Shown one piece after another: positions 18,878-28,242 of a stretch of 50,056 bases of DNA (the first letter of the stretch is position 1; every line of letters starts with the position of its first letter). Source of the stretch: a virus (Duplodnaviria > Caudoviricetes); IMG/VR virus record IMGVR_UViG_3300028586_000005, positions 1 to 50,056 of that record, one strand, 5' to 3'. Made by a program: the position numbers and the translations under genes. Below the pieces are notes generated by a model that worked only from the letters and a program-made list of their open reading frames with translations, was not told the origin of the DNA and ran no database searches.

Positions 18878-19410
18878 CAGAGGCTCCTAACTCGCTTCAT
18901 TCCGAGCAGGCTGTGGACCGCTTTCCACTGGGCGTCAGCTTCCTTTCCATCCGGCTTGTCATAGAAAATACGCACGATCAGAGCCGTCGCCTGCTTCGCG
19001 ACCGCTGGCGCCTTCCCGGCCTCGAAGCCGGCGACGTAAACCACCTGTACCGCGCCGCTCTCGCGCTGCAGGAAGGGCCATACGGCGCCCGAGGTAGGAA
19101 GGAGTGCGGCGAAGTCTCCCGCAACAGTACGGGGCTGCAGGGCGACGCCCTTCACCGACATGGAGAGGAGGGAGACGAACGGGCCGAACGGCAGGTGGAA
19201 TGGGAGGGGGAGGCTGTCGGCAAAAAGCGTGACCGTCGCGCGCGACAGGAACAGCCCCAGATAGTCCTCCACGTAGTCCTGCGCGGACTTGATGTAGTCA
19301 CCGATCATGGCATCATCGTCCGGGAAGGTGACGTCAAGCTCGCGCTTCGCCTCCTCCAGCGTCAGCAGGTTCAGCGCCTCGCGTTCCGTTACGATGTGCG
19401 ACCAGTTCAT
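18877..19410 (-). CDS. Head-tail connector protein (gp6-like)
   Basis: LTLEEAK..L.V...DDDAMI..YI.SA..YVE.Y; YVAGF. Confidence 0.88.
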   Translation of the reverse strand: MNWSHIVTEREALNLLTLEEAKRELDVTFPDDDAMIGDYIKSAQDYVEDYLGLFLSRATVTLFADSLPLPFHLPFGPFVSLLSMSVKGVALQPRTVAGDFAALLPTSGAVWPFLQRESGAVQVVYVAGFEAGKAPAVAKQATALIVRIFYDKPDGKEADAQWKAVHSLLGMKRVRSL

Positions 19411-19420
19411 GCCTGTTTCC

Positions 19421-19462
19421 TATACAAAAGGGGAGCGGAGCCGCGCCGCCCCGCTCCCCTTG
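19421..19462 (-). terminator. Rho-independent terminator after the capsid and accessory genes
   Basis: GGGGAGCGG...CCGCTCCCC followed by TTTTG on the minus strand. Confidence 0.75.
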
Positions 19463-19483
19463 AGCCGCCCCGAAAGCCGCCGG

Positions 19484-19831
19484 TCAGCTGAGGCCGAGCG
19501 ACGCCCGCACCGCTTCCTGCGGGTCCAGGTTGGGGTCGTTGAAGTCGACCGCGTTCTGGCGCACCGTGGTGCCCTCGCGCGGGTTGTTGTCGACCGCCGG
19601 GTGATTGACGTCGATCGCCTTCTTGGCGCCGTCCTCGATGAACGTGCCCGAGGCTTCGAGATTGCCCTGCTTGGCGGCGGCGATCTGCGCCGGCTCGCGG
19701 GCCTTCTCGGCTTCCTTGGCCTGGAACTCGCGGCTGGCCGCGATCTGCTCCTTGGTCGTCAGCGCCTTGGGGGCCTCCGCCTCCTCGGTCTTGGTGGCGG
19801 TCGCGCCGCCGGTCGTGTTCGTGTCCGCCAT
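19484..19831 (-). CDS. Capsid-adjacent hypothetical protein
   Basis: GAGG RBS, very high codon bias, directly after the capsid gene. Confidence 0.75.
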   Translation of the reverse strand: MADTNTTGGATATKTEEAEAPKALTTKEQIAASREFQAKEAEKAREPAQIAAAKQGNLEASGTFIEDGAKKAIDVNHPAVDNNPREGTTVRQNAVDFNDPNLDPQEAVRASLGLS

Positions 19832-19900
19832 GTTCGCCTCTCTGTTGGAGGGGGAGGGCTGGCCTCCCCGTCCGGGGGTCATTCGGTCGATGCGCTGCCG

Positions 19901-21232
19901 TTAGGCGATGCGCTTCACCGCGCGCATATATTCCGGGTTCTGGACGCCGCCGCCAACGCGCTTCGTGGTGTAGAACATCACGTAGGGCTTGTTGGTGTAG
20001 GGGTCGCGCAGCACTCGGATGCCGATGCGGTCGATCACCAGATAGGTCGAGCGCATGTTGCCGAACAACACGAACGTGGAGCCGACGCCATCGGCGTACA
20101 CCGGCATGCCGGGCAGGTCGATGATGCCATAGCCGTGGATCGTCCCCGGCTGGCCGGCGGTGATGCCGGGCTGCCAGAGATAGTTGTTGTCGGCGTCCTT
20201 GATCTTGCGGATCGCGGCCTGCGTCGAGCGCGCCATGTAGAACTGGGCGCCGTTGATGCGCTCTGCGGGCGTGTTATACACGACGTCGAGCAGCAGGTCG
20301 GTGAACGCGGTGTTGGTCGGCGCCGCGTTGGTCGTCTCCGCCTTGATCGCGCCCAGCGGGTGCTCCGTCGCGCGCGCCGCGCCCTCGACGAAGGTCAGCA
20401 GGCCCTTGGGCTTGTTGACGCCGTCGCCCGCGAGAAAGGCGATGCCCTCCTGCCGCGCGAACTCGTCACGGACCTCGCCGGCCAGCCAGTCCTCCAGATT
20501 GATCGCCGCATCGTCGAGCGCCGTCTGGGTGATCGCCGGGTTGGCGTAAATCTCGCCGATGCCGAAGGTCACTTCGGCGAACGTCGGCGTGGAGGTCTGC
20601 GGACGCGCCGCAGTCTCGCCGACCCAGCCCGAACCGGGCCGACCGACCGCCACCAGACGCTTGAAGCCCTGGCCGGTGATCGTGATGCTGTCGGCATAGG
20701 GCCGGATCGACGGCGCCGTCAGCAGCTGCTGGGTGATCGAGCGATCCCACTCGATCGGAGCGAGGAAGCCGCCATCAGCCTGCGAGCCCATCTGCATCGC
20801 CGCGTCGACCCGCGCGCGCAGCGCGGCCCGGACCTCGACGTTGTCGTCCTCGCCGCGGCGCATGAACGAATTGAAGGTGCGGACATAGGCCGGATCGCCG
20901 GGAATGTCGCCGATGACATTCTCGGGCGCCTGCTGCGTCTGCACCGCTTCCTGGACCGACTGGAGCGCCGTCTGCAGGTTGCCGATGTGCTCGTTCATCT
21001 TGTCGACCTTGGCGGTGACGAGACCATCTTCCTTCTTGGAGGCGTCGATCTCACCGCGCATGGACGCGAGGGTGCGGTTGAGCTCCTCGAACATCGCCTG
21101 CGGGGTCGGCGCGTCGGCGCGGATGCCCGACAGGCCCATGCCCATCGTGGCGCGCAGCGCGCGGGGGAGGACGGGAAGGGCGGCGGCGCTGGAAGCGGCG
21201 GACGCCATTGCGAGGATATTCGGGTGCTTCAA
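19901..21232 (-). CDS. Major capsid protein, HK97 family
   Basis: DGGFLAP, WVGET, FLAGDGVNKPKG, LRDPYTNKPYVMFYTTKRVGG. Confidence 0.96.
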   Translation of the reverse strand: MKHPNILAMASAASSAAALPVLPRALRATMGMGLSGIRADAPTPQAMFEELNRTLASMRGEIDASKKEDGLVTAKVDKMNEHIGNLQTALQSVQEAVQTQQAPENVIGDIPGDPAYVRTFNSFMRRGEDDNVEVRAALRARVDAAMQMGSQADGGFLAPIEWDRSITQQLLTAPSIRPYADSITITGQGFKRLVAVGRPGSGWVGETAARPQTSTPTFAEVTFGIGEIYANPAITQTALDDAAINLEDWLAGEVRDEFARQEGIAFLAGDGVNKPKGLLTFVEGAARATEHPLGAIKAETTNAAPTNTAFTDLLLDVVYNTPAERINGAQFYMARSTQAAIRKIKDADNNYLWQPGITAGQPGTIHGYGIIDLPGMPVYADGVGSTFVLFGNMRSTYLVIDRIGIRVLRDPYTNKPYVMFYTTKRVGGGVQNPEYMRAVKRIA

Positions 21233-21251
21233 GACAGCCTCCTTGGCCGGA

Positions 21252-22244
21252 TTAAGAACGAGCCGTGGCGAGCAATGCGCCCATCGCGGCAGTGAGATCG
21301 AAGTCAGCGTCGCGCTTGGCCTCGACCGTTTGTCCGTGATCCCCCGCGGCAGCGTCCGGCTTGCCCTTGAGTTTCCCTAGACGTTCACGGGCTTGCGTCC
21401 GCGTTAGTCCAGAAGCGAGCAATATTCGCTCCATGCCGCGGATTTCGTTGGCGTCGCGGTCCTTGACCTTCTCGCCTTCGTCGACCGTGACGTGATCGGA
21501 GGGGAGGAGTTCGTCGGCGAAACCGCGCTCGATCGCCTGCGCGCCGCTCATGTACGTCTCGGCGTCGAGCCACTTCGTGAGGTCGTTGACCTTCTGGCCG
21601 GTGCGCGCGGCGTAAACGTCCTTGAGCGCGTTGTCGAACGGCTCCAAGAAGTCGGCGAGTTCACGAAGGTCGTGCTTGTTGCCGTACCCCATGACCGAGC
21701 AGTTATGGATCATGATAAACGCCGCCGCGCCGATTTGGACCGTATCGCCGGCCATCGCGATGATCGAGGCGGCGGACGCGGCCATGCCGATCACCTTGAT
21801 GGTGACGTTGTACGGGTGCTCGCGCAGCGCGTTGTAAATCGCGAAGCCCTCGAACACGTCGCCGCCGGGCGAGTTGATCTGGACCTCGACCGCGCCGCCG
21901 ATGGCGCGCAGCTGACGGCTCACAGACTTGGCGGTGATGCCTTCGTCCCAGAAGTCCGCGCCGATCGCGCCGAAGATGGTGATGACGTTATCGCCGCGCT
22001 CGACCGCGCGCACGCCCGCGTGCTCGTTGGCCCACTTCGCTGCCACTTCCGGGTCGGCGAAGGCGCGCACGTTCTCCCGATGGGGGACCGGGAGCGCAGG
22101 CGGACGTTCATTCACGACGCGACCGATTAGGCCCTTGGGCCGGCTTACCGGCTGGCTGGGCGCCTCCGGCATCCGGCTCTTGCCCGTCGTCGCCTTGTCC
22201 GGCGGCGTCGGCTGCGACTTTTGCGGCTGGTTGGGGGAGGTCAT
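21252..22244 (-). CDS. ClpP-type prohead maturation protease
   Basis: INSPGGDVFEG, GMAASAAS, MIHN, ETYMS; start at the ATG after GAAGGAAGG. Confidence 0.92.
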   Translation of the reverse strand: MTSPNQPQKSQPTPPDKATTGKSRMPEAPSQPVSRPKGLIGRVVNERPPALPVPHRENVRAFADPEVAAKWANEHAGVRAVERGDNVITIFGAIGADFWDEGITAKSVSRQLRAIGGAVEVQINSPGGDVFEGFAIYNALREHPYNVTIKVIGMAASAASIIAMAGDTVQIGAAAFIMIHNCSVMGYGNKHDLRELADFLEPFDNALKDVYAARTGQKVNDLTKWLDAETYMSGAQAIERGFADELLPSDHVTVDEGEKVKDRDANEIRGMERILLASGLTRTQARERLGKLKGKPDAAAGDHGQTVEAKRDADFDLTAAMGALLATARS

Positions 22245-23523
22245 TGCCACCTTCCTTCGGGTTGAGCTCGAATTTGCCGCGCACCTCATTCTGAGTCATC
22301 CAACCCTTACCGCCACCGGCGCCGAGCGCCTTGCTGAAGAAGTTGGCCTGACTTTCGAGCGAACCACGAAGCAGGGCACCGTCGTTGAACTTGGCATAGT
22401 ATTCGTCTGCTTCCTCTTCAGAGAGAAGCGAACGGGCAATTGCCTCCTCGATGGACTGGAACCACGAGAGCAGGCAGTAAGTGATGAAGAACAGGCCGAG
22501 CACTTCGATGCCGGAGCCCCAGCTAGTATCGTCCATGAAGAGGAGCGGACGCGGGACATTGGTGAAGCGCCCGACTTCTTCGATCTGGAACTTGCGGTTT
22601 TCGACGTTCTGCGCGTCCTTGAGGGAGGAAGCGTTGTTGATCGACACCTGAAGCCCATCCTCGGCGACGATCCACTTGCCCGCGTTCTTGGGCGATGCCT
22701 GCCGCTCCTCGAATTGCGCCCGGAGCCGGTCGACCGCCGGCTGCGACAGGGGCTTGTCGGTCGAGAGGACGCCACCGACCAGCGCGCCGTTCTTCAGCAC
22801 CTTCGCCGCAGCCTCCTCGGACTGCGAGGCGAGGGCAATCGTCTCCAGCGCGACCTCGACCAGCTTCGTGCCGGTGATGCCGTCCGACGACACCGGAGAG
22901 CGGAACCAGAACATGTCCTTTGAAGGTATCTTGGCGCCCTTGTGGGTGAAAACCAAGTCGTCGCCTTCGATCTTGTAAGTAACGCTCTTGGGGTCGAGCG
23001 GGATCAGCGCGTCGATCCGGCGCCCACCCTTGACGGTCATGTCGATCACGTAGCGCTTGTGCGCGTAGCAAATGCCATCGAACAGAGCGCGCGTCACCAT
23101 GTAGTTTTTGAACTCATACGGCGTCATGAACTTGTTCGGGCGCTTCTTCAGGATGCGATAGACCGGGTGATCCTTCGCCTTCTTGGCGCCCTCCGCCTTT
23201 TCGTCGTCGTCAAGCTCCTCACCTTCCAGATCGTCAAGTTTGATCTTTTGATACAATTCGAGCGGCAGCATCCCGAGGGAGCCGGCGATCAGGTGGACGG
23301 CGCGGTGGACCGCGGAGTTGCGAAGCGCCAGTTTCTCATTGACGCTAATGCCGGTCGCGGACTGCGTGGAGTTGCCGCGCAAGTATTCGATCACGCCGGG
23401 ATCGTCGAGGCTCACGAAGTCCATGACCTGCGTGCCGCCAGCCGCGCTGAGGCGGTCGATCGCCGGCAGCGACATGGTAGTGTTGCCGAGGAGCGCATCC
23501 TTTACATTGCTGAGCCAGCTCAT
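22108..23523 (-). CDS. Portal protein, HK97 family
   Basis: RPNKFMT, SLKDAQ..ENRKFQIEEV, LLRG, MTQNEVR. Confidence 0.95.
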   Translation of the reverse strand: MSWLSNVKDALLGNTTMSLPAIDRLSAAGGTQVMDFVSLDDPGVIEYLRGNSTQSATGISVNEKLALRNSAVHRAVHLIAGSLGMLPLELYQKIKLDDLEGEELDDDEKAEGAKKAKDHPVYRILKKRPNKFMTPYEFKNYMVTRALFDGICYAHKRYVIDMTVKGGRRIDALIPLDPKSVTYKIEGDDLVFTHKGAKIPSKDMFWFRSPVSSDGITGTKLVEVALETIALASQSEEAAAKVLKNGALVGGVLSTDKPLSQPAVDRLRAQFEERQASPKNAGKWIVAEDGLQVSINNASSLKDAQNVENRKFQIEEVGRFTNVPRPLLFMDDTSWGSGIEVLGLFFITYCLLSWFQSIEEAIARSLLSEEEADEYYAKFNDGALLRGSLESQANFFSKALGAGGGKGWMTQNEVRGKFELNPKEGGNDLPQPAAKVAADAAGQGDDGQEPDAGGAQPAGKPAQGPNRSRRE

Positions 23524-25181
23524 AGGAAGATCATCCCTCGTTCCTCGTACACATTCGGCTCCTCCGGCTCCTCTGCAGCAGAAGCTAGACCAAGCATCTG
23601 GACTAGTGCCTGCATGCCGTCGATCCGGCCCGTCGACTTGGACTTGTCGAGCTTCCGATTGCCCGCCGTGTCCTTAATCACTACCGCGTTCGAGGCGCAC
23701 ATGCGCATGACTGCGTTGCCGCCGTGAATTACTTGCTCGTTCAGGAACAGGACCTCGGCGGCGTCCATCGCGGGAGCCATCGACACGTAACCCTGCCCCC
23801 ACTCGACGAAGGGGAGCGACACTGGCGGGTTCATGTCTTGGAACTTCTTCTCCAAGAGTTTGAACCGGTGCCGGTCATACGCGATCCCGATCAGGTTGAG
23901 TTCTTCAACCACGTTCGCAATGTCGCGCGCGACAAATTCATAGTCGACAGCTTTGCCAGGCGTGGTCGTAATCAGCCCTTCCTCAGCCCAGCGCTCATAT
24001 GGCTGCCGATCGCGCTTCGCATGTTCCTTGATCGTGGCTTCCGGCTTCCAGAACATCGCGTTACAATGCCAGTTCTTCTCGGCGTCCTGCGCGCCCCACA
24101 CGAACGCGCTCAAGTCGGTCGTCTCAGCGAGGTCGAGCCCTCCATACACGCGACCAGTGCGGATTACTTCCTGATCTACCTCACGGTTGCCCTTCGCCCA
24201 GATCGAAGCCGGCACGAACACAGCGATGCGGTTGACGCGCTGGTTGAGATACAGGTTACGGAAGCTGTTTTCGAAGGACGGCATGCGGTTCGCTCGCGCC
24301 GCTTTCCTCTCAAGCTCGACTGCCGAACGAAAAGTGCCAAGGGCCGGATTTGCCGCACGCCACGCGTTCTCATCGAGAACATCAATCTCTTCAGGCTTGA
24401 GGTCGCGATCCAGCGCCTCAAAGTCGGCGCTATACACATGGGCGATCGTGTGCGGGTCAGTATCTCCGGCCCGGATAGCGTCGTCGATGCGGATCGACAG
24501 CATGTCCGCGTCGGTCGGCGCCTGCGTCGAGATGATAATTTCCAGAGCATCGTCATACGCGCCCTGCGCCGTCTCGATCGCCTCAATGAAATCATCCTCC
24601 TCGCCGCGAACCTGCCCCATTTCATCGATGATCGCGAGGACAGGGGACAAACCGTGGTTCGAGCCGCCCTCCGCGGACAGTGCGCGGTACTCAGTGCCCA
24701 TGGTGACGCCGAGGAGTGTCTTGCTAGAGGGGACATCGCGAATGATCTTGCGAAGTTCCGGGTTGAGGTTCACCATCTTGAGAGCGAGCTTGAAGACTAG
24801 CGCCGCCTGATCCCGGCTCCGCGCGCCCGAGACGATCTGCGAGTTGAGGCGCGCTTCCGGCCCGACAAGGTGGGCGAGGGCGATAGCTGCGATGAGCGCA
24901 GTCTTGCCGTTCTTGCGCGCGATCGACAGAATGGCAGTATTCGTCTCATGCGGGTTGTCATACACCGCGAGGATAAAGAGCTTCTGGAAGTGGTCCAAGA
25001 CTATCGGCTTGCCAACATGCTTGCCCTCCGGCACGCGGCAGTAACGCTCGATGAACTTGATGACCTTCTCGCCGCGGGTGAGTTTCCGCATCAGCTTCTG
25101 CGTGGTATCATACAGAAGCTCTGACGCGAACATCCAATCAGGCGTCGGAATACAAGACGGGAGGCGGTGCTGTATTTCCAT
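23520..25181 (-). CDS. terL: Terminase large subunit (start may be ATG 25091)
   Basis: ARKNGKT Walker A, IIDE Walker B, GLDLA..TDLSA, RIDG. Confidence 0.96.
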   Translation of the reverse strand: MEIQHRLPSCIPTPDWMFASELLYDTTQKLMRKLTRGEKVIKFIERYCRVPEGKHVGKPIVLDHFQKLFILAVYDNPHETNTAILSIARKNGKTALIAAIALAHLVGPEARLNSQIVSGARSRDQAALVFKLALKMVNLNPELRKIIRDVPSSKTLLGVTMGTEYRALSAEGGSNHGLSPVLAIIDEMGQVRGEEDDFIEAIETAQGAYDDALEIIISTQAPTDADMLSIRIDDAIRAGDTDPHTIAHVYSADFEALDRDLKPEEIDVLDENAWRAANPALGTFRSAVELERKAARANRMPSFENSFRNLYLNQRVNRIAVFVPASIWAKGNREVDQEVIRTGRVYGGLDLAETTDLSAFVWGAQDAEKNWHCNAMFWKPEATIKEHAKRDRQPYERWAEEGLITTTPGKAVDYEFVARDIANVVEELNLIGIAYDRHRFKLLEKKFQDMNPPVSLPFVEWGQGYVSMAPAMDAAEVLFLNEQVIHGGNAVMRMCASNAVVIKDTAGNRKLDKSKSTGRIDGMQALVQMLGLASAAEEPEEPNVYEERGMIFL

Positions 25182-25234
25182 TTGACTTTGATGCCCTGTT
25201 CGCTATTCGCGCGCACTCACGCGCGAGGCATGGA

Positions 25235-25726
25235 TCAGTTGACGACGTGCGAAGGGGGGCGAGCGAGCAATTCTTCATCGTCGTCATGTAGGGGCGAGCC
25301 GGCGTCTTGGTCGCGCTGGATAACCGCCCGGTTGCCGGCATCCTTCTTGCTGACGCCCGCGGTCGCGTGGAGGGCGAGCGAGCGGCGCATCTGGAGGATG
25401 GAGGAGTTTGCACTGTTGATCGCCGACACGCGCGGGTTCAGGCAAGGGTTGCCACGGGCGTTCTCGATGACGGTGCCCTCATTGCCAAGAAGTTTTCCAT
25501 CTTCCATGGCTTGGCAAATGGTTCGGGCAAGCATCCCAGCGAGGACGGTGGTGTGCGGCGTCCACGTCACCTTCGCGAACTCATTGATGATGTTGTTGAA
25601 CTGCTTGATTTCATCACCGTCAAGGTCAAGCTCTTCAGGGGGCTCGATGACCCGAGTGGCTGCTAACATGGTATTTACTGCCTCTGAGGGGCTGTCAACT
25701 CGGGCTTTCCGGTCATCGCTGCTCAT
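25235..25726 (-). CDS. terS: Terminase small subunit (P27-like)
   Basis: Upstream of terL; ENARGNPCLNP motif; CAGGAG RBS. Confidence 0.8.
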   Translation of the reverse strand: MSSDDRKARVDSPSEAVNTMLAATRVIEPPEELDLDGDEIKQFNNIINEFAKVTWTPHTTVLAGMLARTICQAMEDGKLLGNEGTVIENARGNPCLNPRVSAINSANSSILQMRRSLALHATAGVSKKDAGNRAVIQRDQDAGSPLHDDDEELLARPPSHVVN

Positions 25727-25903
25727 GCTCATCTCCTGTGATTTTGGGCCGAAAATGGTGGTTAGATAGTGCGTTCGAGGCCAGCGCCGGTCTAGCCCAG
25801 CGACGATCGAGAACTTTTCAACCCCCCACCCCATCTGCTCATGTTCATTTCGATCCCATCTTGGTAATAAAACAACATCGTATAATATACGATCTGGCTG
25901 GGC

Positions 25904-26212
25904 TTACCCTGAGTACCAAGGGTGGTTGGGGTCGAGGGGGCTTCCGTCTAGGTGCGACCCTCGCCTAGGCTGGCCTGCCTCCATCGACTGCTTGACGCTA
26001 CTATGGTGAGAGGAGCAGAGGCTATCTAGTACGCCGTGGTAGAACGCAAAGACGTCCCCTCTATGGGGCTCTCTATGGTCCGCTATAGTAGCTGCTACTG
26101 TACGCCCCTCCTCCTCACACATCTTACAAAGGGGGTATTCCCTAAGCTGTAGCTCCCTACGCTTACGCCATTCAGTGGTATTGTAGAGATGGTGATACTC
26201 TTTATTTGCCAC
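25904..26212 (-). CDS. Terminase-associated HNH endonuclease (HK97 gp74-like)
   Basis: PLCKMC...ADHREPHRGD...SLCSSHH...GSPLDPNHPW; adjacent to terS. Confidence 0.9.
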   Translation of the reverse strand: MANKEYHHLYNTTEWRKRRELQLREYPLCKMCEEEGRTVAATIADHREPHRGDVFAFYHGVLDSLCSSHHSSVKQSMEAGQPRRGSHLDGSPLDPNHPWYSG

Positions 26213-26624
26213 GATTGAGCTCCGCTATACGGGAACACATAAGGGGGAGGGCGAAAGGGTCGGCCTCTAGCCAACGCACCTTCCTACCACCCAGCTTATA
26301 TACATTGCGCGTAAGGTTAGGCTCCTTGGGAGCTACCAGATAGGAGGGGAGGAGCCAGAAGCCCTCCCGATCTAGCACAGCGAATAAGGCTTGCGATCCG
26401 CCAGCCTCAAGGAAGGCCCTGTGCCAGCGCAGCTGTGGCGCTCTACACTTGAAGTCGCCCGAGGCTTCGGCAACCTTGAACTCGACCCAGCCGGAGAACT
26501 CAGCATGGAATAGGGAGGCATCGGGAGTGCCGAAGGTCGAGCCCTTCGCCGGCTCTACCATCGTCGCGTGACCCGGCCAAAGCCGGAGCCAATCTTTCCT
26601 CAAGTCGAGTTCTTCGCGTCCCAT
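26202..26624 (-). CDS. PD-(D/E)XK nuclease, VRR-NUC / Holliday junction resolvase-like
   Basis: GTPD...WVEFK...QLRW. Confidence 0.75.
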   Translation of the reverse strand: MGREELDLRKDWLRLWPGHATMVEPAKGSTFGTPDASLFHAEFSGWVEFKVAEASGDFKCRAPQLRWHRAFLEAGGSQALFAVLDREGFWLLPSYLVAPKEPNLTRNVYKLGGRKVRWLEADPFALPLMCSRIAELNRGK

Positions 26625-26670
26625 GCCTCTACTGGCGCCAGATCGCCATCAAAGGGGAGGGGAGGCGCCG

Positions 26671-26796
26671 AGGGTCTAAAACCTAGAGGGGAAACGGTAC
26701 GCCGTCTTTTCCCCTATTTCTTAATTTCTTCTCTTTTCTCTTTTTACTCGTTAGGTGCAATAGAACGTACCCTATCCCCTCTAGGTTTTAGACCCT
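26671..26796. repeat. 22-bp perfect inverted repeat flanking a pyrimidine/AT-rich tract at the transcription divergence point
   Basis: AGGGTCTAAAACCTAGAGGGGA (26671-26692) and TCCCCTCTAGGTTTTAGACCCT (26775-26796). Confidence 0.92.
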
Positions 26797-26908
26797 AATC
26801 CGACCCTGACCTACGCTATTCTTTCTGGACTTCGCGTATCCTATCAGGTACTTGTTAAGCCTCCCTTGTACCGCGAACCGCGGTGCGCCAACCGAAGGAA
26901 ACGAACCG

Positions 26909-27517
26909 TTGATTATCATTCCTGAACTCGAAACCGTCGTCATTCTCACTCCGAGGACCGGCACGCGGTCGCTGAAGAACCAGCTCATGGCCAACTATCC
27001 GAACGCCTTCATGTTGTATCGCCACATGGAAGCGGACGGCGTACCGCACGGTTACGATCGCTGGCCCAAGGTCGGCGTAGTGCGCGACCCGACCGATAGA
27101 CTGTGGAGCCTTTACAACTATCTCCAGCGCTTCGGCCTCGACTGGTGCACCGAGCACGACGAGACTTACACCGCACAGATGCGAGCCAGCGTCGCGGTTC
27201 CGTTCGAGCAGTGGATACTCGACAACAACTTGCCGTTCACGCAGCCTTATGATAGTGCCGGGCTCGGGCGCTTCTATCCGGCATATGCCTGCCGCCATCC
27301 GTTACCCGAGAACCGCAAGTCGCAGTTCATGTACCTTCGCCCGGACCTCGGGACAGAAGTGTATCGCTACCGCGATCAGTTGGGCGCGTTATTCGCTCGG
27401 CTGGGCGTCGCGCCGTCGCGCTCGAACGAAGGGGGAGGCGGCCACGTTCCGTGCCTGACCGAGCAGACGTGGGATTACGTCGAGCGCTGGTTCAAGTGGG
27501 ACTTGGAGAACGCATGA
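26909..27517 (+). CDS. Sulfotransferase-family (Sulfotransfer_2-like) P-loop protein
   Basis: 5'-PSB-like PRTGTRS and 3'-PB-like VRDPTDRLWSLYNY; TTG start after GAAGGAAAC. Confidence 0.7.
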   Translation: MIIIPELETVVILTPRTGTRSLKNQLMANYPNAFMLYRHMEADGVPHGYDRWPKVGVVRDPTDRLWSLYNYLQRFGLDWCTEHDETYTAQMRASVAVPFEQWILDNNLPFTQPYDSAGLGRFYPAYACRHPLPENRKSQFMYLRPDLGTEVYRYRDQLGALFARLGVAPSRSNEGGGGHVPCLTEQTWDYVERWFKWDLENA

Positions 27518-27861
27518 TGACCGATGACCTCGAACCGCAGACCGAGCAGCGCCGCTTCGTGATCGAGTGGCGCTCCGGCCCGACCTCAACCATAATGGCC
27601 GCGACGCGCGCGAAGGCGCTATATGCCGCGTGCCTTCTCTACAAGGAGATGTATCGCAGCGCGGATATGAAGGACATTCTGTCCGAGCAGATCGTCCGTT
27701 GCTCGATCCATCCCGACGACAAGCGGCCTCGCGGCCCCAAGCCGGGAACGCCGAACGCATATTTCCAGCGCTATCCCGGCGAGCTATCGCTCAAGGAGCA
27801 GCGCCGACGCCGCATCAAGCCCGAGGGCGCGCGTCTCGATCCGAGGAGGAACCCGAAGTGA
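27514..27861 (+). CDS. Hypothetical protein
   Basis: ATGA overlap with the upstream gene. Confidence 0.65.
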   Translation: MMTDDLEPQTEQRRFVIEWRSGPTSTIMAATRAKALYAACLLYKEMYRSADMKDILSEQIVRCSIHPDDKRPRGPKPGTPNAYFQRYPGELSLKEQRRRRIKPEGARLDPRRNPK

Positions 27862-28058
27862 CGGAGCGTCGATACGTCCCAGATGAGCGCAGCCTATTCT
27901 GCGAGCTATGCGGACGGTCGGGCGTTCGGCATTATCCCAGCAAGCGCGGCCTGCTCTGCGACGCGCCAGCGCCCGAGCTTCACGGCCCGCGCCAGTTGGA
28001 TTATACGGGCGACTGGCTCCCGGTCGGCATTCTCCGCGATCCCATAGAGGGAGATTAG
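27858..28058 (+). CDS. Small CxxC-containing protein
   Basis: GAGGAGG RBS, GTGA overlap, CELCG. Confidence 0.55.
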   Translation: MTERRYVPDERSLFCELCGRSGVRHYPSKRGLLCDAPAPELHGPRQLDYTGDWLPVGILRDPIEGD

Positions 28059-28060
28059 CC

Positions 28061-28171
28061 ATGCGAAAGCGCCCGTTAACCGCGGAAGTCCTCGCGTTCA
28101 TCATCTGGCTGGCGGCCATCGCTATCGGCCTCTCGCTCGCGATCGACGCGGCGTGGCGCCTTGTAAAATAA
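28061..28171 (+). CDS. Small single-pass membrane protein (36 aa)
   Basis: GAGGGAG RBS; MRKRPLTAEVLAFIIWLAAIAIGLSLA. Confidence 0.55.
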   Translation: MRKRPLTAEVLAFIIWLAAIAIGLSLAIDAAWRLVK

Positions 28172-28215
28172 TTTCACCAAAGGTGCTTTACTTATCCTCT
28201 CGGTGCCCGTACAAG
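28165..28215 (+). promoter_or_regulatory. Early promoter P2
   Basis: AAAATAATTT UP element; TTTACT 28187-28192; 17 nt spacer; TACAAG 28210-28215. Confidence 0.75.
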
Positions 28216-28242
28216 GGCTCTACCAACGAAGGAAACCAGACG

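Noticed and set aside
19307-21295. 662-aa + strand ORF, and similar long antisense ORFs (28900-30354, 30934-32313, 37281-38414)
   Set aside because: Shadow frames of GC3-biased real genes; Arg/Gly-rich with no motifs or RBS
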